Below are positions 1 to 10,000 of a stretch of DNA of 35,319 nucleotides, in pieces. A program made the position numbers and the translations under genes. The stretch is taken from the NCBI GenBank assembly GCA_000004985.1, contig GG739307.1. The stretch is one strand, 5' to 3'. The notes below the pieces were generated by a model. It was not told the origin of the DNA and searched no databases. It was given only the letters and a program-made list of their open reading frames with translations. The stretch comes from Naegleria gruberi. Taxonomy: Eukaryota. The number at the start of each line of letters is the position of its first letter. Position 1 is the first letter of the stretch.

Positions 1-565
1 TGATTCGTTCTGTATATACCTTGCTCATCAATTCAAAACTCTTAATGAATGGTCCAATCATTCTTGGATTCTTAATCATGCTAAAGTAATCTCCTTTAAT
101 AAATTTAAGCCAACCCATAGCATATCCTGAAGCGAGTTGTGACATTCCCATTCCCTTCACCATATAATGTTTCCAATTATCCTCAGAACATCTAATATCC
201 CAATCCAATTCCTCTCCTTCATAAACTTTGGCATCCACCACACTTCCTTCCTTAATAATTAAAACAGTCTTTGGTTGATCCTCTCTTTTAATTCCATAAC
301 CAACTACAATCGGTTCCAGAGTATCCATTGGAGCAGGAACAAGTATTTGGAGCAGAATTACTTGGAACAATATCAAAGCATTTGAATGAACTGCAATCGT
401 AAGTTCTCTCACCTTCGCCAAAATAGAATCGAATGATTTGATTTGGAAAGGGATTTGATACAATTTTAAATTGGTAACAAGTCCACTCACTCTGTTAGAA
501 CGCAATGAATGATGAACACCAATAATTGAACAAATACAATCTGTGGCCGCCACAAAAACTTCACT
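1..565 (-). CDS. Partial CDS (C-terminal end runs off window start) for an SCP2 sterol-carrier / non-specific lipid-transfer domain protein; exon structure of the N-terminal part is unresolved
   Basis: Minus-strand frame with codons at + positions 2-4, 5-7 … is open for 188 codons (565 down to 1) in AT-rich DNA. Chance expectation is a stop roughly every 14 codons. Translation of 343..2 is [114 protein letters not shown]. This aligns by eye with the SCP2 fold of human SCP2. (F)[34 protein letters not shown] matches [73 protein letters not shown] matches [47 protein letters not shown]. Upstream, 437..404 (…SFDSILAKVRE…) resembles SCP2 helix A (S/F-x-x-I-F-x-x-I-K). The 25-aa stretch between them (LTIAVHSNALILFQVILLQILVPAP) is longer and more hydrophobic than the corresponding SCP2 linker. 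A small intron or lineage-specific insertion is therefore possible; no in-frame GT-AG intron could be found. The only Met before the domain is at 328..326. An in-frame stop at 568..566 bounds the open frame. Confidence 0.6.
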
Positions 566-722
566 TCAGCATTTGATTTTTCCATCAATTTCATCACCAC
601 AACAATATAAGATAACCTCTCGATTGGAAATTAATAGAGGAATCCAATTTAATGCTCATGTTCATCAAATTATTTCAAATTTTTTGAACAAGCCTTTGAA
701 AATTATTGTTCACTCGTAATTA

Positions 723-730
723 TCACGTGA
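723..730. promoter_or_regulatory. Palindromic E-box tCACGTGa in the region 5' of the minus-strand SCP2-domain ORF
   Basis: Perfect 8-bp palindrome tcacgtga (CACGTG core 724..729). It lies ~160 nt upstream (minus orientation) of the stop that bounds the SCP2 open frame at 566..568. Motif occurrence only; no functional evidence. Confidence 0.1.
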
Positions 731-1040
731 TTAAATCAGAAATTGATCCATTGGTTCTTTCACAGTCTCCATTTTTGAGTGACTACATACTCATTTGGAT
801 AAGGATGTACGATTTGTTTACATTGTACACACAACAAACCTTCTATTTGTGAACAACATGAACACAATTAAAATCGAATAAATAGTAGAAGCGCTCAACA
901 GAGTTTCTTCCACTCATACAAAAAAAACAAACAACCATGATTCACCTTAATGAATCTAACAATCATCAATATATTCATTGTATTGAATTCACTCGAATGA
1001 ACTTTTTCAAGGCTTTGAAATTTTAATCGATAGTAAGTAA

Positions 1041-4000
1041 NNNNNNNNNNNNNNNNNNNNNNNNNNNNNNNNNNNNNNNNNNNNNNNNNNNNNNNNNNNN
1101 NNNNNNNNNNNNNNNNNNNNNNNNNNNNNNNNNNNNNNNNNNNNNNNNNNNNNNNNNNNNNNNNNNNNNNNNNNNNNNNNNNNNNNNNNNNNNNNNNNNN
1201 NNNNNNNNNNNNNNNNNNNNNNNNNNNNNNNNNNNNNNNNNNNNNNNNNNNNNNNNNNNNNNNNNNNNNNNNNNNNNNNNNNNNNNNNNNNNNNNNNNNN
1301 NNNNNNNNNNNNNNNNNNNNNNNNNNNNNNNNNNNNNNNNNNNNNNNNNNNNNNNNNNNNNNNNNNNNNNNNNNNNNNNNNNNNNNNNNNNNNNNNNNNN
1401 NNNNNNNNNNNNNNNNNNNNNNNNNNNNNNNNNNNNNNNNNNNNNNNNNNNNNNNNNNNNNNNNNNNNNNNNNNNNNNNNNNNNNNNNNNNNNNNNNNNN
1501 NNNNNNNNNNNNNNNNNNNNNNNNNNNNNNNNNNNNNNNNNNNNNNNNNNNNNNNNNNNNNNNNNNNNNNNNNNNNNNNNNNNNNNNNNNNNNNNNNNNN
1601 NNNNNNNNNNNNNNNNNNNNNNNNNNNNNNNNNNNNNNNNNNNNNNNNNNNNNNNNNNNNNNNNNNNNNNNNNNNNNNNNNNNNNNNNNNNNNNNNNNNN
1701 NNNNNNNNNNNNNNNNNNNNNNNNNNNNNNNNNNNNNNNNNNNNNNNNNNNNNNNNNNNNNNNNNNNNNNNNNNNNNNNNNNNNNNNNNNNNNNNNNNNN
1801 NNNNNNNNNNNNNNNNNNNNNNNNNNNNNNNNNNNNNNNNNNNNNNNNNNNNNNNNNNNNNNNNNNNNNNNNNNNNNNNNNNNNNNNNNNNNNNNNNNNN
1901 NNNNNNNNNNNNNNNNNNNNNNNNNNNNNNNNNNNNNNNNNNNNNNNNNNNNNNNNNNNNNNNNNNNNNNNNNNNNNNNNNNNNNNNNNNNNNNNNNNNN
2001 NNNNNNNNNNNNNNNNNNNNNNNNNNNNNNNNNNNNNNNNNNNNNNNNNNNNNNNNNNNNNNNNNNNNNNNNNNNNNNNNNNNNNNNNNNNNNNNNNNNN
2101 NNNNNNNNNNNNNNNNNNNNNNNNNNNNNNNNNNNNNNNNNNNNNNNNNNNNNNNNNNNNNNNNNNNNNNNNNNNNNNNNNNNNNNNNNNNNNNNNNNNN
2201 NNNNNNNNNNNNNNNNNNNNNNNNNNNNNNNNNNNNNNNNNNNNNNNNNNNNNNNNNNNNNNNNNNNNNNNNNNNNNNNNNNNNNNNNNNNNNNNNNNNN
2301 NNNNNNNNNNNNNNNNNNNNNNNNNNNNNNNNNNNNNNNNNNNNNNNNNNNNNNNNNNNNNNNNNNNNNNNNNNNNNNNNNNNNNNNNNNNNNNNNNNNN
2401 NNNNNNNNNNNNNNNNNNNNNNNNNNNNNNNNNNNNNNNNNNNNNNNNNNNNNNNNNNNNNNNNNNNNNNNNNNNNNNNNNNNNNNNNNNNNNNNNNNNN
2501 NNNNNNNNNNNNNNNNNNNNNNNNNNNNNNNNNNNNNNNNNNNNNNNNNNNNNNNNNNNNNNNNNNNNNNNNNNNNNNNNNNNNNNNNNNNNNNNNNNNN
2601 NNNNNNNNNNNNNNNNNNNNNNNNNNNNNNNNNNNNNNNNNNNNNNNNNNNNNNNNNNNNNNNNNNNNNNNNNNNNNNNNNNNNNNNNNNNNNNNNNNNN
2701 NNNNNNNNNNNNNNNNNNNNNNNNNNNNNNNNNNNNNNNNNNNNNNNNNNNNNNNNNNNNNNNNNNNNNNNNNNNNNNNNNNNNNNNNNNNNNNNNNNNN
2801 NNNNNNNNNNNNNNNNNNNNNNNNNNNNNNNNNNNNNNNNNNNNNNNNNNNNNNNNNNNNNNNNNNNNNNNNNNNNNNNNNNNNNNNNNNNNNNNNNNNN
2901 NNNNNNNNNNNNNNNNNNNNNNNNNNNNNNNNNNNNNNNNNNNNNNNNNNNNNNNNNNNNNNNNNNNNNNNNNNNNNNNNNNNNNNNNNNNNNNNNNNNN
3001 NNNNNNNNNNNNNNNNNNNNNNNNNNNNNNNNNNNNNNNNNNNNNNNNNNNNNNNNNNNNNNNNNNNNNNNNNNNNNNNNNNNNNNNNNNNNNNNNNNNN
3101 NNNNNNNNNNNNNNNNNNNNNNNNNNNNNNNNNNNNNNNNNNNNNNNNNNNNNNNNNNNNNNNNNNNNNNNNNNNNNNNNNNNNNNNNNNNNNNNNNNNN
3201 NNNNNNNNNNNNNNNNNNNNNNNNNNNNNNNNNNNNNNNNNNNNNNNNNNNNNNNNNNNNNNNNNNNNNNNNNNNNNNNNNNNNNNNNNNNNNNNNNNNN
3301 NNNNNNNNNNNNNNNNNNNNNNNNNNNNNNNNNNNNNNNNNNNNNNNNNNNNNNNNNNNNNNNNNNNNNNNNNNNNNNNNNNNNNNNNNNNNNNNNNNNN
3401 NNNNNNNNNNNNNNNNNNNNNNNNNNNNNNNNNNNNNNNNNNNNNNNNNNNNNNNNNNNNNNNNNNNNNNNNNNNNNNNNNNNNNNNNNNNNNNNNNNNN
3501 NNNNNNNNNNNNNNNNNNNNNNNNNNNNNNNNNNNNNNNNNNNNNNNNNNNNNNNNNNNNNNNNNNNNNNNNNNNNNNNNNNNNNNNNNNNNNNNNNNNN
3601 NNNNNNNNNNNNNNNNNNNNNNNNNNNNNNNNNNNNNNNNNNNNNNNNNNNNNNNNNNNNNNNNNNNNNNNNNNNNNNNNNNNNNNNNNNNNNNNNNNNN
3701 NNNNNNNNNNNNNNNNNNNNNNNNNNNNNNNNNNNNNNNNNNNNNNNNNNNNNNNNNNNNNNNNNNNNNNNNNNNNNNNNNNNNNNNNNNNNNNNNNNNN
3801 NNNNNNNNNNNNNNNNNNNNNNNNNNNNNNNNNNNNNNNNNNNNNNNNNNNNNNNNNNNNNNNNNNNNNNNNNNNNNNNNNNNNNNNNNNNNNNNNNNNN
3901 NNNNNNNNNNNNNNNNNNNNNNNNNNNNNNNNNNNNNNNNNNNNNNNNNNNNNNNNNNNNNNNNNNNNNNNNNNNNNNNNNNNNNNNNNNNNNNNNNNNN

Positions 4001-7000
4001 NNNNNNNNNNNNNNNNNNNNNNNNNNNNNNNNNNNNNNNNNNNNNNNNNNNNNNNNNNNNNNNNNNNNNNNNNNNNNNNNNNNNNNNNNNNNNNNNNNNN
4101 NNNNNNNNNNNNNNNNNNNNNNNNNNNNNNNNNNNNNNNNNNNNNNNNNNNNNNNNNNNNNNNNNNNNNNNNNNNNNNNNNNNNNNNNNNNNNNNNNNNN
4201 NNNNNNNNNNNNNNNNNNNNNNNNNNNNNNNNNNNNNNNNNNNNNNNNNNNNNNNNNNNNNNNNNNNNNNNNNNNNNNNNNNNNNNNNNNNNNNNNNNNN
4301 NNNNNNNNNNNNNNNNNNNNNNNNNNNNNNNNNNNNNNNNNNNNNNNNNNNNNNNNNNNNNNNNNNNNNNNNNNNNNNNNNNNNNNNNNNNNNNNNNNNN
4401 NNNNNNNNNNNNNNNNNNNNNNNNNNNNNNNNNNNNNNNNNNNNNNNNNNNNNNNNNNNNNNNNNNNNNNNNNNNNNNNNNNNNNNNNNNNNNNNNNNNN
4501 NNNNNNNNNNNNNNNNNNNNNNNNNNNNNNNNNNNNNNNNNNNNNNNNNNNNNNNNNNNNNNNNNNNNNNNNNNNNNNNNNNNNNNNNNNNNNNNNNNNN
4601 NNNNNNNNNNNNNNNNNNNNNNNNNNNNNNNNNNNNNNNNNNNNNNNNNNNNNNNNNNNNNNNNNNNNNNNNNNNNNNNNNNNNNNNNNNNNNNNNNNNN
4701 NNNNNNNNNNNNNNNNNNNNNNNNNNNNNNNNNNNNNNNNNNNNNNNNNNNNNNNNNNNNNNNNNNNNNNNNNNNNNNNNNNNNNNNNNNNNNNNNNNNN
4801 NNNNNNNNNNNNNNNNNNNNNNNNNNNNNNNNNNNNNNNNNNNNNNNNNNNNNNNNNNNNNNNNNNNNNNNNNNNNNNNNNNNNNNNNNNNNNNNNNNNN
4901 NNNNNNNNNNNNNNNNNNNNNNNNNNNNNNNNNNNNNNNNNNNNNNNNNNNNNNNNNNNNNNNNNNNNNNNNNNNNNNNNNNNNNNNNNNNNNNNNNNNN
5001 NNNNNNNNNNNNNNNNNNNNNNNNNNNNNNNNNNNNNNNNNNNNNNNNNNNNNNNNNNNNNNNNNNNNNNNNNNNNNNNNNNNNNNNNNNNNNNNNNNNN
5101 NNNNNNNNNNNNNNNNNNNNNNNNNNNNNNNNNNNNNNNNNNNNNNNNNNNNNNNNNNNNNNNNNNNNNNNNNNNNNNNNNNNNNNNNNNNNNNNNNNNN
5201 NNNNNNNNNNNNNNNNNNNNNNNNNNNNNNNNNNNNNNNNNNNNNNNNNNNNNNNNNNNNNNNNNNNNNNNNNNNNNNNNNNNNNNNNNNNNNNNNNNNN
5301 NNNNNNNNNNNNNNNNNNNNNNNNNNNNNNNNNNNNNNNNNNNNNNNNNNNNNNNNNNNNNNNNNNNNNNNNNNNNNNNNNNNNNNNNNNNNNNNNNNNN
5401 NNNNNNNNNNNNNNNNNNNNNNNNNNNNNNNNNNNNNNNNNNNNNNNNNNNNNNNNNNNNNNNNNNNNNNNNNNNNNNNNNNNNNNNNNNNNNNNNNNNN
5501 NNNNNNNNNNNNNNNNNNNNNNNNNNNNNNNNNNNNNNNNNNNNNNNNNNNNNNNNNNNNNNNNNNNNNNNNNNNNNNNNNNNNNNNNNNNNNNNNNNNN
5601 NNNNNNNNNNNNNNNNNNNNNNNNNNNNNNNNNNNNNNNNNNNNNNNNNNNNNNNNNNNNNNNNNNNNNNNNNNNNNNNNNNNNNNNNNNNNNNNNNNNN
5701 NNNNNNNNNNNNNNNNNNNNNNNNNNNNNNNNNNNNNNNNNNNNNNNNNNNNNNNNNNNNNNNNNNNNNNNNNNNNNNNNNNNNNNNNNNNNNNNNNNNN
5801 NNNNNNNNNNNNNNNNNNNNNNNNNNNNNNNNNNNNNNNNNNNNNNNNNNNNNNNNNNNNNNNNNNNNNNNNNNNNNNNNNNNNNNNNNNNNNNNNNNNN
5901 NNNNNNNNNNNNNNNNNNNNNNNNNNNNNNNNNNNNNNNNNNNNNNNNNNNNNNNNNNNNNNNNNNNNNNNNNNNNNNNNNNNNNNNNNNNNNNNNNNNN
6001 NNNNNNNNNNNNNNNNNNNNNNNNNNNNNNNNNNNNNNNNNNNNNNNNNNNNNNNNNNNNNNNNNNNNNNNNNNNNNNNNNNNNNNNNNNNNNNNNNNNN
6101 NNNNNNNNNNNNNNNNNNNNNNNNNNNNNNNNNNNNNNNNNNNNNNNNNNNNNNNNNNNNNNNNNNNNNNNNNNNNNNNNNNNNNNNNNNNNNNNNNNNN
6201 NNNNNNNNNNNNNNNNNNNNNNNNNNNNNNNNNNNNNNNNNNNNNNNNNNNNNNNNNNNNNNNNNNNNNNNNNNNNNNNNNNNNNNNNNNNNNNNNNNNN
6301 NNNNNNNNNNNNNNNNNNNNNNNNNNNNNNNNNNNNNNNNNNNNNNNNNNNNNNNNNNNNNNNNNNNNNNNNNNNNNNNNNNNNNNNNNNNNNNNNNNNN
6401 NNNNNNNNNNNNNNNNNNNNNNNNNNNNNNNNNNNNNNNNNNNNNNNNNNNNNNNNNNNNNNNNNNNNNNNNNNNNNNNNNNNNNNNNNNNNNNNNNNNN
6501 NNNNNNNNNNNNNNNNNNNNNNNNNNNNNNNNNNNNNNNNNNNNNNNNNNNNNNNNNNNNNNNNNNNNNNNNNNNNNNNNNNNNNNNNNNNNNNNNNNNN
6601 NNNNNNNNNNNNNNNNNNNNNNNNNNNNNNNNNNNNNNNNNNNNNNNNNNNNNNNNNNNNNNNNNNNNNNNNNNNNNNNNNNNNNNNNNNNNNNNNNNNN
6701 NNNNNNNNNNNNNNNNNNNNNNNNNNNNNNNNNNNNNNNNNNNNNNNNNNNNNNNNNNNNNNNNNNNNNNNNNNNNNNNNNNNNNNNNNNNNNNNNNNNN
6801 NNNNNNNNNNNNNNNNNNNNNNNNNNNNNNNNNNNNNNNNNNNNNNNNNNNNNNNNNNNNNNNNNNNNNNNNNNNNNNNNNNNNNNNNNNNNNNNNNNNN
6901 NNNNNNNNNNNNNNNNNNNNNNNNNNNNNNNNNNNNNNNNNNNNNNNNNNNNNNNNNNNNNNNNNNNNNNNNNNNNNNNNNNNNNNNNNNNNNNNNNNNN

Positions 7001-10000
7001 NNNNNNNNNNNNNNNNNNNNNNNNNNNNNNNNNNNNNNNNNNNNNNNNNNNNNNNNNNNNNNNNNNNNNNNNNNNNNNNNNNNNNNNNNNNNNNNNNNNN
7101 NNNNNNNNNNNNNNNNNNNNNNNNNNNNNNNNNNNNNNNNNNNNNNNNNNNNNNNNNNNNNNNNNNNNNNNNNNNNNNNNNNNNNNNNNNNNNNNNNNNN
7201 NNNNNNNNNNNNNNNNNNNNNNNNNNNNNNNNNNNNNNNNNNNNNNNNNNNNNNNNNNNNNNNNNNNNNNNNNNNNNNNNNNNNNNNNNNNNNNNNNNNN
7301 NNNNNNNNNNNNNNNNNNNNNNNNNNNNNNNNNNNNNNNNNNNNNNNNNNNNNNNNNNNNNNNNNNNNNNNNNNNNNNNNNNNNNNNNNNNNNNNNNNNN
7401 NNNNNNNNNNNNNNNNNNNNNNNNNNNNNNNNNNNNNNNNNNNNNNNNNNNNNNNNNNNNNNNNNNNNNNNNNNNNNNNNNNNNNNNNNNNNNNNNNNNN
7501 NNNNNNNNNNNNNNNNNNNNNNNNNNNNNNNNNNNNNNNNNNNNNNNNNNNNNNNNNNNNNNNNNNNNNNNNNNNNNNNNNNNNNNNNNNNNNNNNNNNN
7601 NNNNNNNNNNNNNNNNNNNNNNNNNNNNNNNNNNNNNNNNNNNNNNNNNNNNNNNNNNNNNNNNNNNNNNNNNNNNNNNNNNNNNNNNNNNNNNNNNNNN
7701 NNNNNNNNNNNNNNNNNNNNNNNNNNNNNNNNNNNNNNNNNNNNNNNNNNNNNNNNNNNNNNNNNNNNNNNNNNNNNNNNNNNNNNNNNNNNNNNNNNNN
7801 NNNNNNNNNNNNNNNNNNNNNNNNNNNNNNNNNNNNNNNNNNNNNNNNNNNNNNNNNNNNNNNNNNNNNNNNNNNNNNNNNNNNNNNNNNNNNNNNNNNN
7901 NNNNNNNNNNNNNNNNNNNNNNNNNNNNNNNNNNNNNNNNNNNNNNNNNNNNNNNNNNNNNNNNNNNNNNNNNNNNNNNNNNNNNNNNNNNNNNNNNNNN
8001 NNNNNNNNNNNNNNNNNNNNNNNNNNNNNNNNNNNNNNNNNNNNNNNNNNNNNNNNNNNNNNNNNNNNNNNNNNNNNNNNNNNNNNNNNNNNNNNNNNNN
8101 NNNNNNNNNNNNNNNNNNNNNNNNNNNNNNNNNNNNNNNNNNNNNNNNNNNNNNNNNNNNNNNNNNNNNNNNNNNNNNNNNNNNNNNNNNNNNNNNNNNN
8201 NNNNNNNNNNNNNNNNNNNNNNNNNNNNNNNNNNNNNNNNNNNNNNNNNNNNNNNNNNNNNNNNNNNNNNNNNNNNNNNNNNNNNNNNNNNNNNNNNNNN
8301 NNNNNNNNNNNNNNNNNNNNNNNNNNNNNNNNNNNNNNNNNNNNNNNNNNNNNNNNNNNNNNNNNNNNNNNNNNNNNNNNNNNNNNNNNNNNNNNNNNNN
8401 NNNNNNNNNNNNNNNNNNNNNNNNNNNNNNNNNNNNNNNNNNNNNNNNNNNNNNNNNNNNNNNNNNNNNNNNNNNNNNNNNNNNNNNNNNNNNNNNNNNN
8501 NNNNNNNNNNNNNNNNNNNNNNNNNNNNNNNNNNNNNNNNNNNNNNNNNNNNNNNNNNNNNNNNNNNNNNNNNNNNNNNNNNNNNNNNNNNNNNNNNNNN
8601 NNNNNNNNNNNNNNNNNNNNNNNNNNNNNNNNNNNNNNNNNNNNNNNNNNNNNNNNNNNNNNNNNNNNNNNNNNNNNNNNNNNNNNNNNNNNNNNNNNNN
8701 NNNNNNNNNNNNNNNNNNNNNNNNNNNNNNNNNNNNNNNNNNNNNNNNNNNNNNNNNNNNNNNNNNNNNNNNNNNNNNNNNNNNNNNNNNNNNNNNNNNN
8801 NNNNNNNNNNNNNNNNNNNNNNNNNNNNNNNNNNNNNNNNNNNNNNNNNNNNNNNNNNNNNNNNNNNNNNNNNNNNNNNNNNNNNNNNNNNNNNNNNNNN
8901 NNNNNNNNNNNNNNNNNNNNNNNNNNNNNNNNNNNNNNNNNNNNNNNNNNNNNNNNNNNNNNNNNNNNNNNNNNNNNNNNNNNNNNNNNNNNNNNNNNNN
9001 NNNNNNNNNNNNNNNNNNNNNNNNNNNNNNNNNNNNNNNNNNNNNNNNNNNNNNNNNNNNNNNNNNNNNNNNNNNNNNNNNNNNNNNNNNNNNNNNNNNN
9101 NNNNNNNNNNNNNNNNNNNNNNNNNNNNNNNNNNNNNNNNNNNNNNNNNNNNNNNNNNNNNNNNNNNNNNNNNNNNNNNNNNNNNNNNNNNNNNNNNNNN
9201 NNNNNNNNNNNNNNNNNNNNNNNNNNNNNNNNNNNNNNNNNNNNNNNNNNNNNNNNNNNNNNNNNNNNNNNNNNNNNNNNNNNNNNNNNNNNNNNNNNNN
9301 NNNNNNNNNNNNNNNNNNNNNNNNNNNNNNNNNNNNNNNNNNNNNNNNNNNNNNNNNNNNNNNNNNNNNNNNNNNNNNNNNNNNNNNNNNNNNNNNNNNN
9401 NNNNNNNNNNNNNNNNNNNNNNNNNNNNNNNNNNNNNNNNNNNNNNNNNNNNNNNNNNNNNNNNNNNNNNNNNNNNNNNNNNNNNNNNNNNNNNNNNNNN
9501 NNNNNNNNNNNNNNNNNNNNNNNNNNNNNNNNNNNNNNNNNNNNNNNNNNNNNNNNNNNNNNNNNNNNNNNNNNNNNNNNNNNNNNNNNNNNNNNNNNNN
9601 NNNNNNNNNNNNNNNNNNNNNNNNNNNNNNNNNNNNNNNNNNNNNNNNNNNNNNNNNNNNNNNNNNNNNNNNNNNNNNNNNNNNNNNNNNNNNNNNNNNN
9701 NNNNNNNNNNNNNNNNNNNNNNNNNNNNNNNNNNNNNNNNNNNNNNNNNNNNNNNNNNNNNNNNNNNNNNNNNNNNNNNNNNNNNNNNNNNNNNNNNNNN
9801 NNNNNNNNNNNNNNNNNNNNNNNNNNNNNNNNNNNNNNNNNNNNNNNNNNNNNNNNNNNNNNNNNNNNNNNNNNNNNNNNNNNNNNNNNNNNNNNNNNNN
9901 NNNNNNNNNNNNNNNNNNNNNNNNNNNNNNNNNNNNNNNNNNNNNNNNNNNNNNNNNNNNNNNNNNNNNNNNNNNNNNNNNNNNNNNNNNNNNNNNNNNN

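Noticed and set aside
361-412. Candidate 52-nt intron in the SCP2 ORF (minus-strand donor AAG|GTGAGA at + 413|412; acceptor-like ttccaag at + 367..361; alternative acceptor gattgcag at + 391..393)
   Set aside because: Neither acceptor restores the SCP2 reading frame. The 52-nt option puts a TAA (+ 360..358) at the start of the next exon. The 22-nt option shifts the frame and is too short for a spliceosomal intron. Left as uninterrupted ORF pending transcript data.
487-585. Alternative minus-strand small ORF MEKSNAEVKFLWRPQIVFVQLLVFIIHCVLTE* ending at a GTGAGT donor-like site
   Set aside because: It is in a different frame from the SCP2 ORF. No acceptor in 340..420 gives a phase-compatible join, so it cannot be linked to the SCP2 domain as a first exon from sequence alone.
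764-860. + strand acceptor-like ttctttcacag (764..775) followed by a 28-codon frame (SPFLSDYILIWIRMYDLFTLYTQQTFYL*)
   Set aside because: Motif plus short ORF only. There is no supporting codon bias or domain, and it sits in the probable 5' flank of the minus-strand SCP2 gene.
937-1026. + strand 29-codon ORF MIHLNESNNHQYIHCIEFTRMNFFKALKF*
   Set aside because: Too short and low-complexity, with no recognisable domain. Consistent with a chance ORF in an AT-rich non-coding region or 5' flank.
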